Positions 18,427 to 26,882 of a stretch of 54,699 nucleotides of DNA are shown in pieces. Both the position numbers and the translations under genes were made by a program. Source of the stretch: a virus (Duplodnaviria; Heunggongvirae; Uroviricota; Caudoviricetes); IMG/VR virus record IMGVR_UViG_2974665086_000001, positions 1 to 54,699 of that record. One strand, written 5' to 3'. Each line of letters begins with the position of its first letter. Position 1 is the stretch's first letter. The notes under the pieces were generated by a model, which worked only from the letters and a program-made list of their open reading frames with translations, had not been told where the DNA came from and did no database searches.

Positions 18427-19079
18427 TAAAAGCTACCACCGAAATCACTACCGCCACTGCTGTAGCTCGAACCCGAATCGCTGCTGCTGTAACCACCGCT
18501 GCTATGGCTGCTCGAATCGTAAGACGGAGGAGAATAGCTAGGGGCAGTATAAGACGGAGCACTGTAACCCGAATCATGCGTGGGAGTGCTGTAAGACGAC
18601 GTATCCGAAGTAGAACTGGAAGTGTCAGAAGAGCTGGCACTTGACTTATCCGACTTATCGTCGTTGTCATAACTCGGACTGTTCAGCGAACTTGCAATCG
18701 CCGCAGCAAGAGCAATGTCAGTTGCATTTGTTGAGGGACTAGGCTTCGCTACGTTCGAAGAGTCAACTCGGTTAATTGTGCGAGGCGCACGCGGTGCCGT
18801 TGCAGTAGCCCTAGATGCTTCCTTAAGTTCCTTTAGACGCTCGTCGCGCTCGTCCTGAACTTCCTTGCGAGCCTTGGCACGATCAGCAAGAATCTCAAGA
18901 TCCTTCTGAACTTCCGGCGTACTAAAGATTTCCCCTGTCTGCGCGGGAGTCGGAACTACCAAACGCGCTCGGGCTTCACGCTCACGCTTCTTATCACGTC
19001 GATGAGCAATCTCACCGGCGACAGCTACGCCAACGACGATGATTGCGATAAAAGCGATCATCCAAAAAAACGATACCAT
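18426..19079 (-). CDS. Membrane-anchored protein with Ser/Asp/Gly-rich tail
   Basis: N-terminal TM (FWMIAFIAIIVVGVAVAG); low-complexity C-terminus; start moved to MVSFF. Confidence 0.75.
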   Translation of the reverse strand: MVSFFWMIAFIAIIVVGVAVAGEIAHRRDKKREREARARLVVPTPAQTGEIFSTPEVQKDLEILADRAKARKEVQDERDERLKELKEASRATATAPRAPRTINRVDSSNVAKPSPSTNATDIALAAAIASSLNSPSYDNDDKSDKSSASSSDTSSSTSDTSSYSTPTHDSGYSAPSYTAPSYSPPSYDSSSHSSGGYSSSDSGSSYSSGGSDFGGSF

Positions 19080-19080
19080 A

Positions 19081-19368
19081 TTACTTCCATTCTGTTTGTA
19101 GATCGAGCAACGGCGCGGAATACCCATGATTCTCGTACGCTCTTCGCCACTCTAAGTAGTGTTGCATTGTTGGTACTGAGTCTAACACACCGACGAACAT
19201 TTTCAAATCAGAATCAAGCTGAATCCAGAAACTTTTTTTAATATTCTGCCTGACGCAGAACGCTTCTGCAATATCGATTCTAACTTCGTCCGTGCAGACT
19301 GACTTAGGTATCTCGCTATAATCATAGGCATATCTACCTAAGTCAGTCTTTAGTTCGTCACGGTTCAT
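19081..19368 (-). CDS. Hypothetical protein, 95 aa
   Basis: 4-bp overlap with the helicase stop. Confidence 0.7.
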   Translation of the reverse strand: MNRDELKTDLGRYAYDYSEIPKSVCTDEVRIDIAEAFCVRQNIKKSFWIQLDSDLKMFVGVLDSVPTMQHYLEWRRAYENHGYSAPLLDLQTEWK

Positions 19369-20630
19369 ACGACTACGATTAGCTCTTTCTTCGCACGCGT
19401 AATAGCTGTATATTTTAGTCGCATTAAATCGTTGTCTGGCATCGGGCGGTAGTAATTGGTTTTAGGTAGATATACACCTACACGTTCCCACTCGCTACCC
19501 TGTGACTTGTGAATAGTAATGCAGTTAGCATAGTAGAAGTTCGGCATAACCAGGTTACCAATACCTGAATGGCCTAGCTGCTCTAGCCTAGCTTTATTAG
19601 TCAAAGTCTTATTGAAGTTAGCGGCTGGTGTTATCGCTCTGACAGGCACAAGATCATTTTCTCGTGTCAGATCAAGATGAACAATACCATTCTTCACTTC
19701 ACTTTTGTCAACCCGGTAAATCTGTCCCTTGACAATGCCCTCGAACGTAGTGTAACTGAGCAATCGATCCCCAGGAACCGGGGTTGCTGGTAGCTCTGAG
19801 CGTACCTGAGCAATATGACGGAAGCAAGTCGCGTTGTCATGCGCAAGGAACTGCGTATCACGTACGTCTGTCAGCTCGTTAAAGTTACATACCTTGATTA
19901 TCTTTTGTCCGCTTCGTTCTTTCCACGAATTGAACGGCAAGCTATCAAACTTAGTTTGAGGATTCTCACGAACCAGCATTGATGCATTAATAATATGCCC
20001 ATTTGCTTCCTTCTGACGCATGTTCTGAGTCAAAACGAAATTAGGTTCATTTTCGGTGATAAATGCAGTCTGACCGACTGGCGGTAGCTGATTATTATCA
20101 CCAATGAGCAGAATGGGGCAACCAATTTGCTTAAGCTCGTTCACATCATCGTTCGACACCATAGATGCTTCATCGACTAGAATAAGCTTAAACTTTTCTG
20201 ACTTTTTGTTGCTGGTAGATTCCCACCAGACTTCACCCGACTGAGACAGTTCGTTAATTTGTACGATCAGGGACTTAACATTTTGTCCCTTTGCCGACAT
20301 ATTACGTAGCTGTTCGTTCAGTTGTCGGTACTGGCCCGCTTTCGGTCCCTCGATTGTACTAGATCGGATCGCTTTATGAACCGTCTGCACATTGGAGAAG
20401 CCCTTGCTGGTCAAAACTGATTTAGCTTTGTTAGTCGGAGCGCAAACAAGCACTTCGAATTCTGCCAATCCAAGTTCCTTGATAAGATAAGGCAGGATTG
20501 TGGATTTACCAGTGCCAGCAGCACCAGCTAGCCAGAAAACGTCCCGGCTCTCGGTGTAAAACTCTTTGACAAGGCGAATAGCCTCTGCCTGTGATTCTGT
20601 ATATTCAAATGTCAATCCTATGCCCTGCAT
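19365..20630 (-). CDS. Dda/RecD-like SF1B helicase
   Basis: GAAGTGKS, APTNKA, DEASMV, GDNNQLPPV, NMRQ, TIHKSQGSEW, YTAITRA. Confidence 0.93.
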   Translation of the reverse strand: MQGIGLTFEYTESQAEAIRLVKEFYTESRDVFWLAGAAGTGKSTILPYLIKELGLAEFEVLVCAPTNKAKSVLTSKGFSNVQTVHKAIRSSTIEGPKAGQYRQLNEQLRNMSAKGQNVKSLIVQINELSQSGEVWWESTSNKKSEKFKLILVDEASMVSNDDVNELKQIGCPILLIGDNNQLPPVGQTAFITENEPNFVLTQNMRQKEANGHIINASMLVRENPQTKFDSLPFNSWKERSGQKIIKVCNFNELTDVRDTQFLAHDNATCFRHIAQVRSELPATPVPGDRLLSYTTFEGIVKGQIYRVDKSEVKNGIVHLDLTRENDLVPVRAITPAANFNKTLTNKARLEQLGHSGIGNLVMPNFYYANCITIHKSQGSEWERVGVYLPKTNYYRPMPDNDLMRLKYTAITRAKKELIVVV

Positions 20631-21025
20631 TCCTTATGTCGAAAACCGCCTTCGTGAGTCTGAACCTTCTGTCCAACCCAAAGCCGATGACGGCAGATAG
20701 TACAGTCTACATTATGTACCGTCAAAGGGAAACTACGTGTTTTGTTGGTGAAGGTCTTGTTGATGGACTCAAGTTCTTGCTTAAGTGCCGACACCTGATA
20801 TTCAACGTAGCTGTTGTTCTTGTCTCGCTCTTCGACACAGTTTATATGAACTTTGTGTTCAAGCAAGTTGACGTACTGTTCGTGCTTACGCACAATGCCG
20901 GTGCAACGATGACATTGTAGCTTGCCGTTACCCCACTGTGAGAGCTTCGGAGCAATCACCCGACCCTGCCCTCGAATAATGACAGGACGATCGTTCTTTG
21001 TCGTACGGGCTTTCAGACTTACCAT
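20618..21025 (-). CDS. Protein with two CxxC-Xn-HxxC Zn-binding motifs
   Basis: CHRC...HINC and CTIC...HKEC; paralog of 21081-21533. Confidence 0.75.
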   Translation of the reverse strand: MVSLKARTTKNDRPVIIRGQGRVIAPKLSQWGNGKLQCHRCTGIVRKHEQYVNLLEHKVHINCVEERDKNNSYVEYQVSALKQELESINKTFTNKTRSFPLTVHNVDCTICRHRLWVGQKVQTHEGGFRHKECRA

Positions 21026-21080
21026 ATGAATTTCCTTCTAGTTCGATTCGTTTTGGTGTCTAAAGCATGACATATCAGTT

Positions 21081-21533
21081 TCAGTTTGGCAAATCAGTGC
21101 TCTGAGCTGGCCTTCTACACGTCTTGTGTCGATGCGATCCGTTCAACCACTGAATATCCTGGCCGATCCAGATTTTCTTGTGACAGATAGTACACGACGA
21201 TTCCTTGGTTGCAACCTGATCGGTCTTCTTTTTCTTGCTTGCAACCTTTTTCTTATGCAGATTCTTTTTCTGAACTTCGATGAGTTGCTTGCGCACTCCC
21301 GGAATCTTTTTATCAGAAGCAGTTAAGCATCCGGCATGACGTGGTTTGTTCTCAACGTTGACATACTTTTTGTCCTTCGGAATAGAACGCTCACACTTTG
21401 TGCACTTAATCCGTCCGTTACTAATCTTCGACAGACGATCTTCGGGCCAACCAGTAAATCCAAACGCTTCTCGTCGGTCTCCCTTCCGTTCCACGTGCTT
21501 CTTTCCGTTTGTCTTTGCCTTAACACTTACCAT
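21081..21533 (-). CDS. Basic protein with two CxxC-Xn-HxxC Zn-binding motifs
   Basis: CTKC...HAGC and CTIC...HKTC. Confidence 0.75.
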   Translation of the reverse strand: MVSVKAKTNGKKHVERKGDRREAFGFTGWPEDRLSKISNGRIKCTKCERSIPKDKKYVNVENKPRHAGCLTASDKKIPGVRKQLIEVQKKNLHKKKVASKKKKTDQVATKESSCTICHKKIWIGQDIQWLNGSHRHKTCRRPAQSTDLPN

Positions 21534-22278
21534 AACTTTACCTTTTCTTTATTTTTTCTAATTATATAGTAATAACACCCCCCCGATTTCTAAGGAAGTG
21601 GAATAAAACATGAATTCTATATAATATTAGTGTATTTTACATAGAATTCTAGGGGTTTTGCAGCACTTCTTTAGGATTTGGTTACTTCCTGCCGTCGGGA
21701 TTGCTATATTCCTATCAAGTTCTCGGTCACACCTTGATACTTTCGGCCAACTGTCGTTACTCAGCTGGATTTCTTTTGAAATTATTAATAAGGCCAATGG
21801 GGGTAACGTCCAAAAGAAACGGGGGAGTAAAGAAAGACTTAAACGTGTCGAATATAGCCACGGCACGAGTTTGTCACCCTCCCCCACGACTGTTAGTACG
21901 TCGTACACTTAAATCTCATCCGGTAGAAGTCTTTGCTTGGGGGCATAGTTACGTAGCTGTTGCTACTGGGCAGCCTAAGTAGGTGGACCCGTTTCTACAG
22001 ATCGGTTTTTGAAACCGTTAAATTCTAGATTGGTTTTTATTCGATACGACTTTGCCCTATATTGTCCTTGGACTGCCTCGGCAAAGTGATATGCTTTTGG
22101 ATACAAAAAACCCCGTACCGGAGAGAATCTTTCGATTCGTTATAGATTGGCAGTCCAACGGTACGGGGTAAGGCTTTGTAATTTTAGGTTCGAGGACTGC
22201 CGGGTCTCCGAGATATGAATACTATTCTAGTCGATGCAGCACTGCTTGTCAAGTCGATCAATATGTTATGATACTCAT

Positions 22279-22611
22279 ATGAAAGACATTGCTGGTCACA
22301 TCAAACCTATTCTAGGTGCTACACAGTGGCTCGACCTGGTTTTCAAGTCCGATCTGAGTGCTGAGCACAAGCTGATCGCCGCTGTGATTGCTAGAACGTG
22401 TCTATATAATAGGACAGTCAAGATGCAGTTGTCAAGCATAAGTTTGTATAACATTTCTCGCATCTTGAAAATGAACCAACAAGAAGTAAGCGTATTGGTT
22501 GACAAGCTGATTGTCAATGGCTGGTTGTTCGATACCGAGCGAGCGGCGGGAGCTACAAAGGTGTATGCTCTGACGTTTAGTTTACTTCCATTAAACAACC
22601 TAAGAGAGTAG
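22279..22611 (+). CDS. Putative winged-helix DNA-binding protein
   Basis: SLYNISRILKMNQQEVSVLVDKLIVNGWL (HTH plus wing); ATG lies 6 nt after TGtTATGAT. Confidence 0.55.
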   Translation: MKDIAGHIKPILGATQWLDLVFKSDLSAEHKLIAAVIARTCLYNRTVKMQLSSISLYNISRILKMNQQEVSVLVDKLIVNGWLFDTERAAGATKVYALTFSLLPLNNLRE

Positions 22612-22620
22612 AATGTATAT

Positions 22621-23610
22621 ATGATTTTTAGTTACAACACTGCCTTTAGCAACTTTACACTGAATAATGGATTCGGTAGAGCAGGCTGGGGCATGATTAA
22701 TAGTCTGAAAGAGTTAGGACATAAGGTATACTTTGATACTCCGGTAGCACCGGTCGAATTTACCTTTGCACAGCCAGATTATTTCGAATACAAGCCGAAG
22801 CAATATCAGATTTTGTTAACCCCTTGGGAATCGACTGAATTGCATCCGGGCTGGGTAGATCAATTTAACATGGCAGATGAAACATGGGCAACATCTGATT
22901 GGGTTGCAGAAGTATATAGACGTGCAGGTGTTCGCAACGTTACTACTGTGTATCCTCACGGTATAGAAAAGATTTATCAACCTAAGCTAAAAAGACGCAA
23001 GGGACCGATTAACTTTTACGTACAAGGGCCACCTGCAAACAGAAAAGGTACTCAGGAAGCATTTGATGCATTCCGCGAGGTATTCAAAGACGATCCGACG
23101 AAAGCAACCTTAACTATTAAAGCTTTCCAGCGATCTAAGATACGTTGGACAGATCAAAACGGCATGATTCGTAACCCGAACGACCTTCCCAATGTAAGAG
23201 TTATTACAAAGGAAATGGAATTAAACGAACTTGTCGATTTCACAAATAGTTTTGATGCTGCGATCTATCCTAGTTACGGCGAAGGATGGGGCTTTATCCC
23301 TATGGAGTCTCTTGCTCAGGGAACTCCTACAATTTGCACTGAGGCATGGTGCCATTACAAAGATTATTTGGGTGACCTCGCGCTTAAGTCAAATCAAATT
23401 GCGAGTCCGTGGCCGGAAGAACACCCTGGTAAAGTCTATCAACCAGATATGGAAGACCTTTGTGAGAAAATTCGTCTAGTATATGAGGACTTCGAGAACC
23501 AGTCGTTGCAAAGTTTCAAGCGTAGTTTCAAACTGCACGACGAATACAACTGGTTGAGTCTAACGGAAAAAGCCTTCCAAGATGTAGTGTCTAACCCGCT
23601 TATAAGTTAA
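22621..23610 (+). CDS. Glycosyltransferase (GT-B, GT4-like)
   Basis: TPWEST, YPHG, RKG, YPSYGEGWGFIPMESLAQGTPTI. Confidence 0.88.
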   Translation: MIFSYNTAFSNFTLNNGFGRAGWGMINSLKELGHKVYFDTPVAPVEFTFAQPDYFEYKPKQYQILLTPWESTELHPGWVDQFNMADETWATSDWVAEVYRRAGVRNVTTVYPHGIEKIYQPKLKRRKGPINFYVQGPPANRKGTQEAFDAFREVFKDDPTKATLTIKAFQRSKIRWTDQNGMIRNPNDLPNVRVITKEMELNELVDFTNSFDAAIYPSYGEGWGFIPMESLAQGTPTICTEAWCHYKDYLGDLALKSNQIASPWPEEHPGKVYQPDMEDLCEKIRLVYEDFENQSLQSFKRSFKLHDEYNWLSLTEKAFQDVVSNPLIS

Positions 23611-23618
23611 CAGTACGA

Positions 23619-23647
23619 TTGTCTTATTTAGCGTAAAAACGTATAAT
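23619..23647 (+). promoter_or_regulatory. SigA-type promoter
   Basis: TTGTCT-17 bp-TATAAT. Confidence 0.6.
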
Positions 23648-23656
23648 AGACAGACA

Positions 23657-24025
23657 ATGATTTCAACAAAACAGGATATAGTTGTCCCTAAAACAGGGAC
23701 TTATATCAGCGGGAGACTGTATTCAGCAATAAAATACAAAGCTAACCTTCGCAACATCAACTTTGAAGTTAGTTTAAAGTTTCTTGACAAGCTATTTGAG
23801 TCTCAAGGCGGGCTGTGTTACTATTCAGGTCTCTCGATTGATGGGAAGACCCGCAATCAAGTCACAGCCAGCCTGGACCGAACAAATTCTGATCTAGGTT
23901 ATATAGAATCTAATGTACGTTGGGTACACAAAGACGTTAACTTTATGAAGCATACTGCCTCCGAAGCTCACTTTTTTGATTTGATTGAATTGATACACGA
24001 AAGAAGGAACGATATTGACACCTAG
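23657..24025 (+). CDS. His-Me finger (HNH/EndoVII-like) endonuclease
   Basis: QGGLCYYSG, ASLDRTNSDLGYIESNVRWVHKDVNFMK. Confidence 0.65.
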   Translation: MISTKQDIVVPKTGTYISGRLYSAIKYKANLRNINFEVSLKFLDKLFESQGGLCYYSGLSIDGKTRNQVTASLDRTNSDLGYIESNVRWVHKDVNFMKHTASEAHFFDLIELIHERRNDIDT

Positions 24026-25019
24026 AATTACAACACCAAAAGACACATACACTTTTGATTACCCACAGGCAATCCAGTATGCAGAGATTCAGCGTAGCGT
24101 TTTCTGGTCCCCAGAAGAGATTAACGTCGAAAAAGACATTCAGGACTTGCGTGTTAATATGTCAGAGGCAGAAAAGCACGGTGTAACAACTGTACTTAAG
24201 TTATTTACTCTGTATGAATTGCTAGTAGGCAACGAGTATTGGAATGGACGAGTTCGCGAGAGCTTCCCACGACCTGACATTGAAATGATGGCTAATGCGT
24301 TCGGTTTCTTTGAAATCAACGTTCACGCTCCATTTTACAACAAGCTCAACGAAGCTCTGATGCTTAACACAGATGAGTTTTATGAAAGTTACACCAAGGA
24401 CGCGACACTAAAGGCACGTATTGACTTTGTAAACGATGCAGCAGACGACGATGATCTGCTATTCGCTCTCGCAGCATTCAGTATGCTAGAGGGTGCAGTA
24501 CTATACAGTAGCTTTGCTTTCTTGAAGTCTTTTCAGTCTCAGGGACGTAACTTATTGAATAATGTTTGTAGAGGCATCAACTTTAGCGTACGTGATGAGA
24601 ATCTGCACGCCGAAGCCGGTGCTTGGCTATACCAAACTTTGCTTAAGGAAACTGGGCTAGACTCCAATAAAAAGCGTGAGCTAGAAGCTAGAATTCTTAC
24701 AGCAGCAGCACATGTTTACGAACATGAGCAGAGAATCATTGAAATGATTTTCGAAAAGGGAGATATCCCAGGGCTATCACAAGATCAGCTCGAAGTATTT
24801 GTAAAGTCTCGAATCAACCTTTGCCTAAGCAATCTAGGTTTTGAAGAAGAAGACCTATACAAGATTGATGAGAACCCAATCGCAGATTGGTTCTACAAGG
24901 GCATTAACAGTACACAATTCGGTGATTTCTTTAACGGCACACAGTCTGAATACAACAGAACGTGGGACGAAGGAGCTTTCACCTTTAATGATGAGGAAGA
25001 TGGAGGTTTTACTTTTTAA
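24015..25019 (+). CDS. nrdB: Class Ia ribonucleotide reductase beta subunit
   Basis: FWSPEE, EINVHAPFY, EGAVLYSSF, RDENLH metal and radical motifs. Confidence 0.95.
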   Translation: MTPRITTPKDTYTFDYPQAIQYAEIQRSVFWSPEEINVEKDIQDLRVNMSEAEKHGVTTVLKLFTLYELLVGNEYWNGRVRESFPRPDIEMMANAFGFFEINVHAPFYNKLNEALMLNTDEFYESYTKDATLKARIDFVNDAADDDDLLFALAAFSMLEGAVLYSSFAFLKSFQSQGRNLLNNVCRGINFSVRDENLHAEAGAWLYQTLLKETGLDSNKKRELEARILTAAAHVYEHEQRIIEMIFEKGDIPGLSQDQLEVFVKSRINLCLSNLGFEEEDLYKIDENPIADWFYKGINSTQFGDFFNGTQSEYNRTWDEGAFTFNDEEDGGFTF

Positions 25020-26696
25020 ATGACAAATGTATATGAGCAGTATTCTGCTGAACGAAAAGCTGGACAACAAGCGGGAGAAGTACCGGATTGGTACATCACG
25101 CCGGGTTACCAGATGTTCAATCTCAAGTATATTGAGCCTGGACAGACACTTAAGCAACGCTACGAGAGAATCGCAGAGTATGCGGGTGGTATTGCAACTA
25201 GATTGTATGGAGAAGGTCAATGGGAAGCCAGATTCTTTAATGCAATCTGGAAGGGTTGGCTAAGTCCCAGTACGCCCGTACTGGCAAATCTAGGAACAGA
25301 TCGCGGTATGGCTGTAAGCTGTACTGGAAACTATGTCGATGACTCGATCTATGGCTTCTATGATTCGCGCCTAGAGTCTGCCATTCTGACAAAGAACGGT
25401 TTCGGAACTAGTAGCTATCTCGGTGATATTAGAGCCAGAGGCAGCAAGTTCAGTGATAACGGCAAGGCAAACGGTGTAGTACCAGTTGCCAAGGGATTCG
25501 TTCAGGATATGGACGACACCAGTCAGGGCAGCACACGTCGTGGTGCTTGGGCCGGGTATCTAGAAGCCGATCACGATGACTTCGATGAGTTAATCGACTA
25601 TATGTATAACCACCCAGACGGATTGAACTTAGGATGGATTATCAGTGATGCGTTTATTCAAAGGCTCAAAGATAATGACAAAGAGACTATCCGCAGGTAC
25701 CAGAAGATTCTTAAGGCACGTGCTGTAACTGGCAAGGGCTACATGTTCTTCGTGGACAAAGTAAATAAGCAGAATCCTTCGAGCTACGCAGAGAATAATC
25801 TTAGCGTTAAGGCATCGAACCTATGCTGTGAAATTGCTTTGCACTCGGATGCAGACCATAGCTTTAGCTGTGTACTCAGTTCACTTAACCTTGCTAAGTA
25901 TGATGAGTGGAAGGATACAGACCTTGTATTTACTTCCACAGTGTTTCTCGATTGCATCGCTCAGGACTTGATCGACAAGGGATCAAAGATCAAGGGTATG
26001 GAAAAGGTTGTACGTTTCACTGAAAAGTCACGTGCACTTGGTCTAGGTGTAATGGGATATCATACTTTGTTACAGAAGCGCTCTTTGCCTTTCGATTCAC
26101 CGGAAGCATTCGCTCTGAACAAGGAAGTCTTCGGCCAGATTTCTCATCTAGCTGGAAGTGCTTCTCGATACATGGCTCAAGAGGCAGGATCGCCAGAATG
26201 GGCACCGAAGGGCCGACGCAATACGCATTTAATGGCTATTGCTCCAACAATGTCCACCGCTTTGCTAGTCGGTGGTGTCAGTCAGGGAATCGAGCCAATT
26301 GTTGCTAACGTGTTTAATCAATCGTCAGCAGCAGGAGAAATGGCACGTATTAACCCAACCCTGATTGAAATAATGAAAGAACGTGGCGTTTACGATCAGT
26401 CAACAATTGACTTTATAATTGACGACAATGGATCAGTCAGAAATGTTGACTGGCTAAACGATCACGAGAAGCAGGTATTCAAAACTGCATATGAAATCAA
26501 TCAAGAGGCTGTAGTACAGCAAGCTTCTGATCGACAACAGCATATCGACCAGGGACAATCGCTAAATCTTTTCTTTGACGCTAACGAGTCCCCGGCCTAC
26601 ATCAGTAAGATTCACAAACAAGCAATGCTTGACCCGTATATCAAGGGACTTTACTACATGAGAAGTAAAGCTGGTATTCAGGCAAGCAAGGGCTAA
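25020..26696 (+). CDS. nrdA: Class Ia ribonucleotide reductase alpha subunit (no ATP cone, no C-terminal Cys pair)
   Basis: SPSTPVLAN, VSC, SNLCCEI, SCVLSSLNL, IAPT, QGQSLN, GLYYMRS; ends QASKG. Confidence 0.95.
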   Translation: MTNVYEQYSAERKAGQQAGEVPDWYITPGYQMFNLKYIEPGQTLKQRYERIAEYAGGIATRLYGEGQWEARFFNAIWKGWLSPSTPVLANLGTDRGMAVSCTGNYVDDSIYGFYDSRLESAILTKNGFGTSSYLGDIRARGSKFSDNGKANGVVPVAKGFVQDMDDTSQGSTRRGAWAGYLEADHDDFDELIDYMYNHPDGLNLGWIISDAFIQRLKDNDKETIRRYQKILKARAVTGKGYMFFVDKVNKQNPSSYAENNLSVKASNLCCEIALHSDADHSFSCVLSSLNLAKYDEWKDTDLVFTSTVFLDCIAQDLIDKGSKIKGMEKVVRFTEKSRALGLGVMGYHTLLQKRSLPFDSPEAFALNKEVFGQISHLAGSASRYMAQEAGSPEWAPKGRRNTHLMAIAPTMSTALLVGGVSQGIEPIVANVFNQSSAAGEMARINPTLIEIMKERGVYDQSTIDFIIDDNGSVRNVDWLNDHEKQVFKTAYEINQEAVVQQASDRQQHIDQGQSLNLFFDANESPAYISKIHKQAMLDPYIKGLYYMRSKAGIQASKG

Positions 26697-26718
26697 TAAA
26701 CTATAAAGGAGAAACTAT

Positions 26719-26805
26719 ATGGATGACTTGGATTGGTCAAACTGGGACAGCTCCCAGACTTGCCTTATCGAAAACGGTGACAATTGCACCGCTTGCGAAG
26801 GCTAA
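26719..26805 (+). CDS. 28-aa peptide resembling a free RNR alpha C-terminal redox tail
   Basis: AAAGGAG RBS 7 nt upstream; MDDLDWSNWDSSQTCLIENGDNCTACEG. Confidence 0.7.
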   Translation: MDDLDWSNWDSSQTCLIENGDNCTACEG

Positions 26806-26817
26806 ATATTAAATAAG

Positions 26818-26851
26818 AAATACCCCCAGAGAATAAAATCTGGGGGTATTT
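26818..26851 (+). terminator. Intrinsic terminator (possibly bidirectional) after the RNR operon
   Basis: AAATACCCCCAGA-8 nt-TCTGGGGGTATTT followed by TT. Confidence 0.8.
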
Positions 26852-26882
26852 TTGTTATAATTAGGAGGTCAGATAGAAAGGA

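Noticed and set aside
21701-21982. ORFs in the divergent intergenic region
   Set aside because: No RBS and atypical composition; competing short ORFs occur in several frames.
26694-26721. Readthrough or frameshift joining nrdA to the CxxC peptide
   Set aside because: Two consecutive TAA codons, a different frame, no slippery site, and a strong dedicated RBS favour independent translation.
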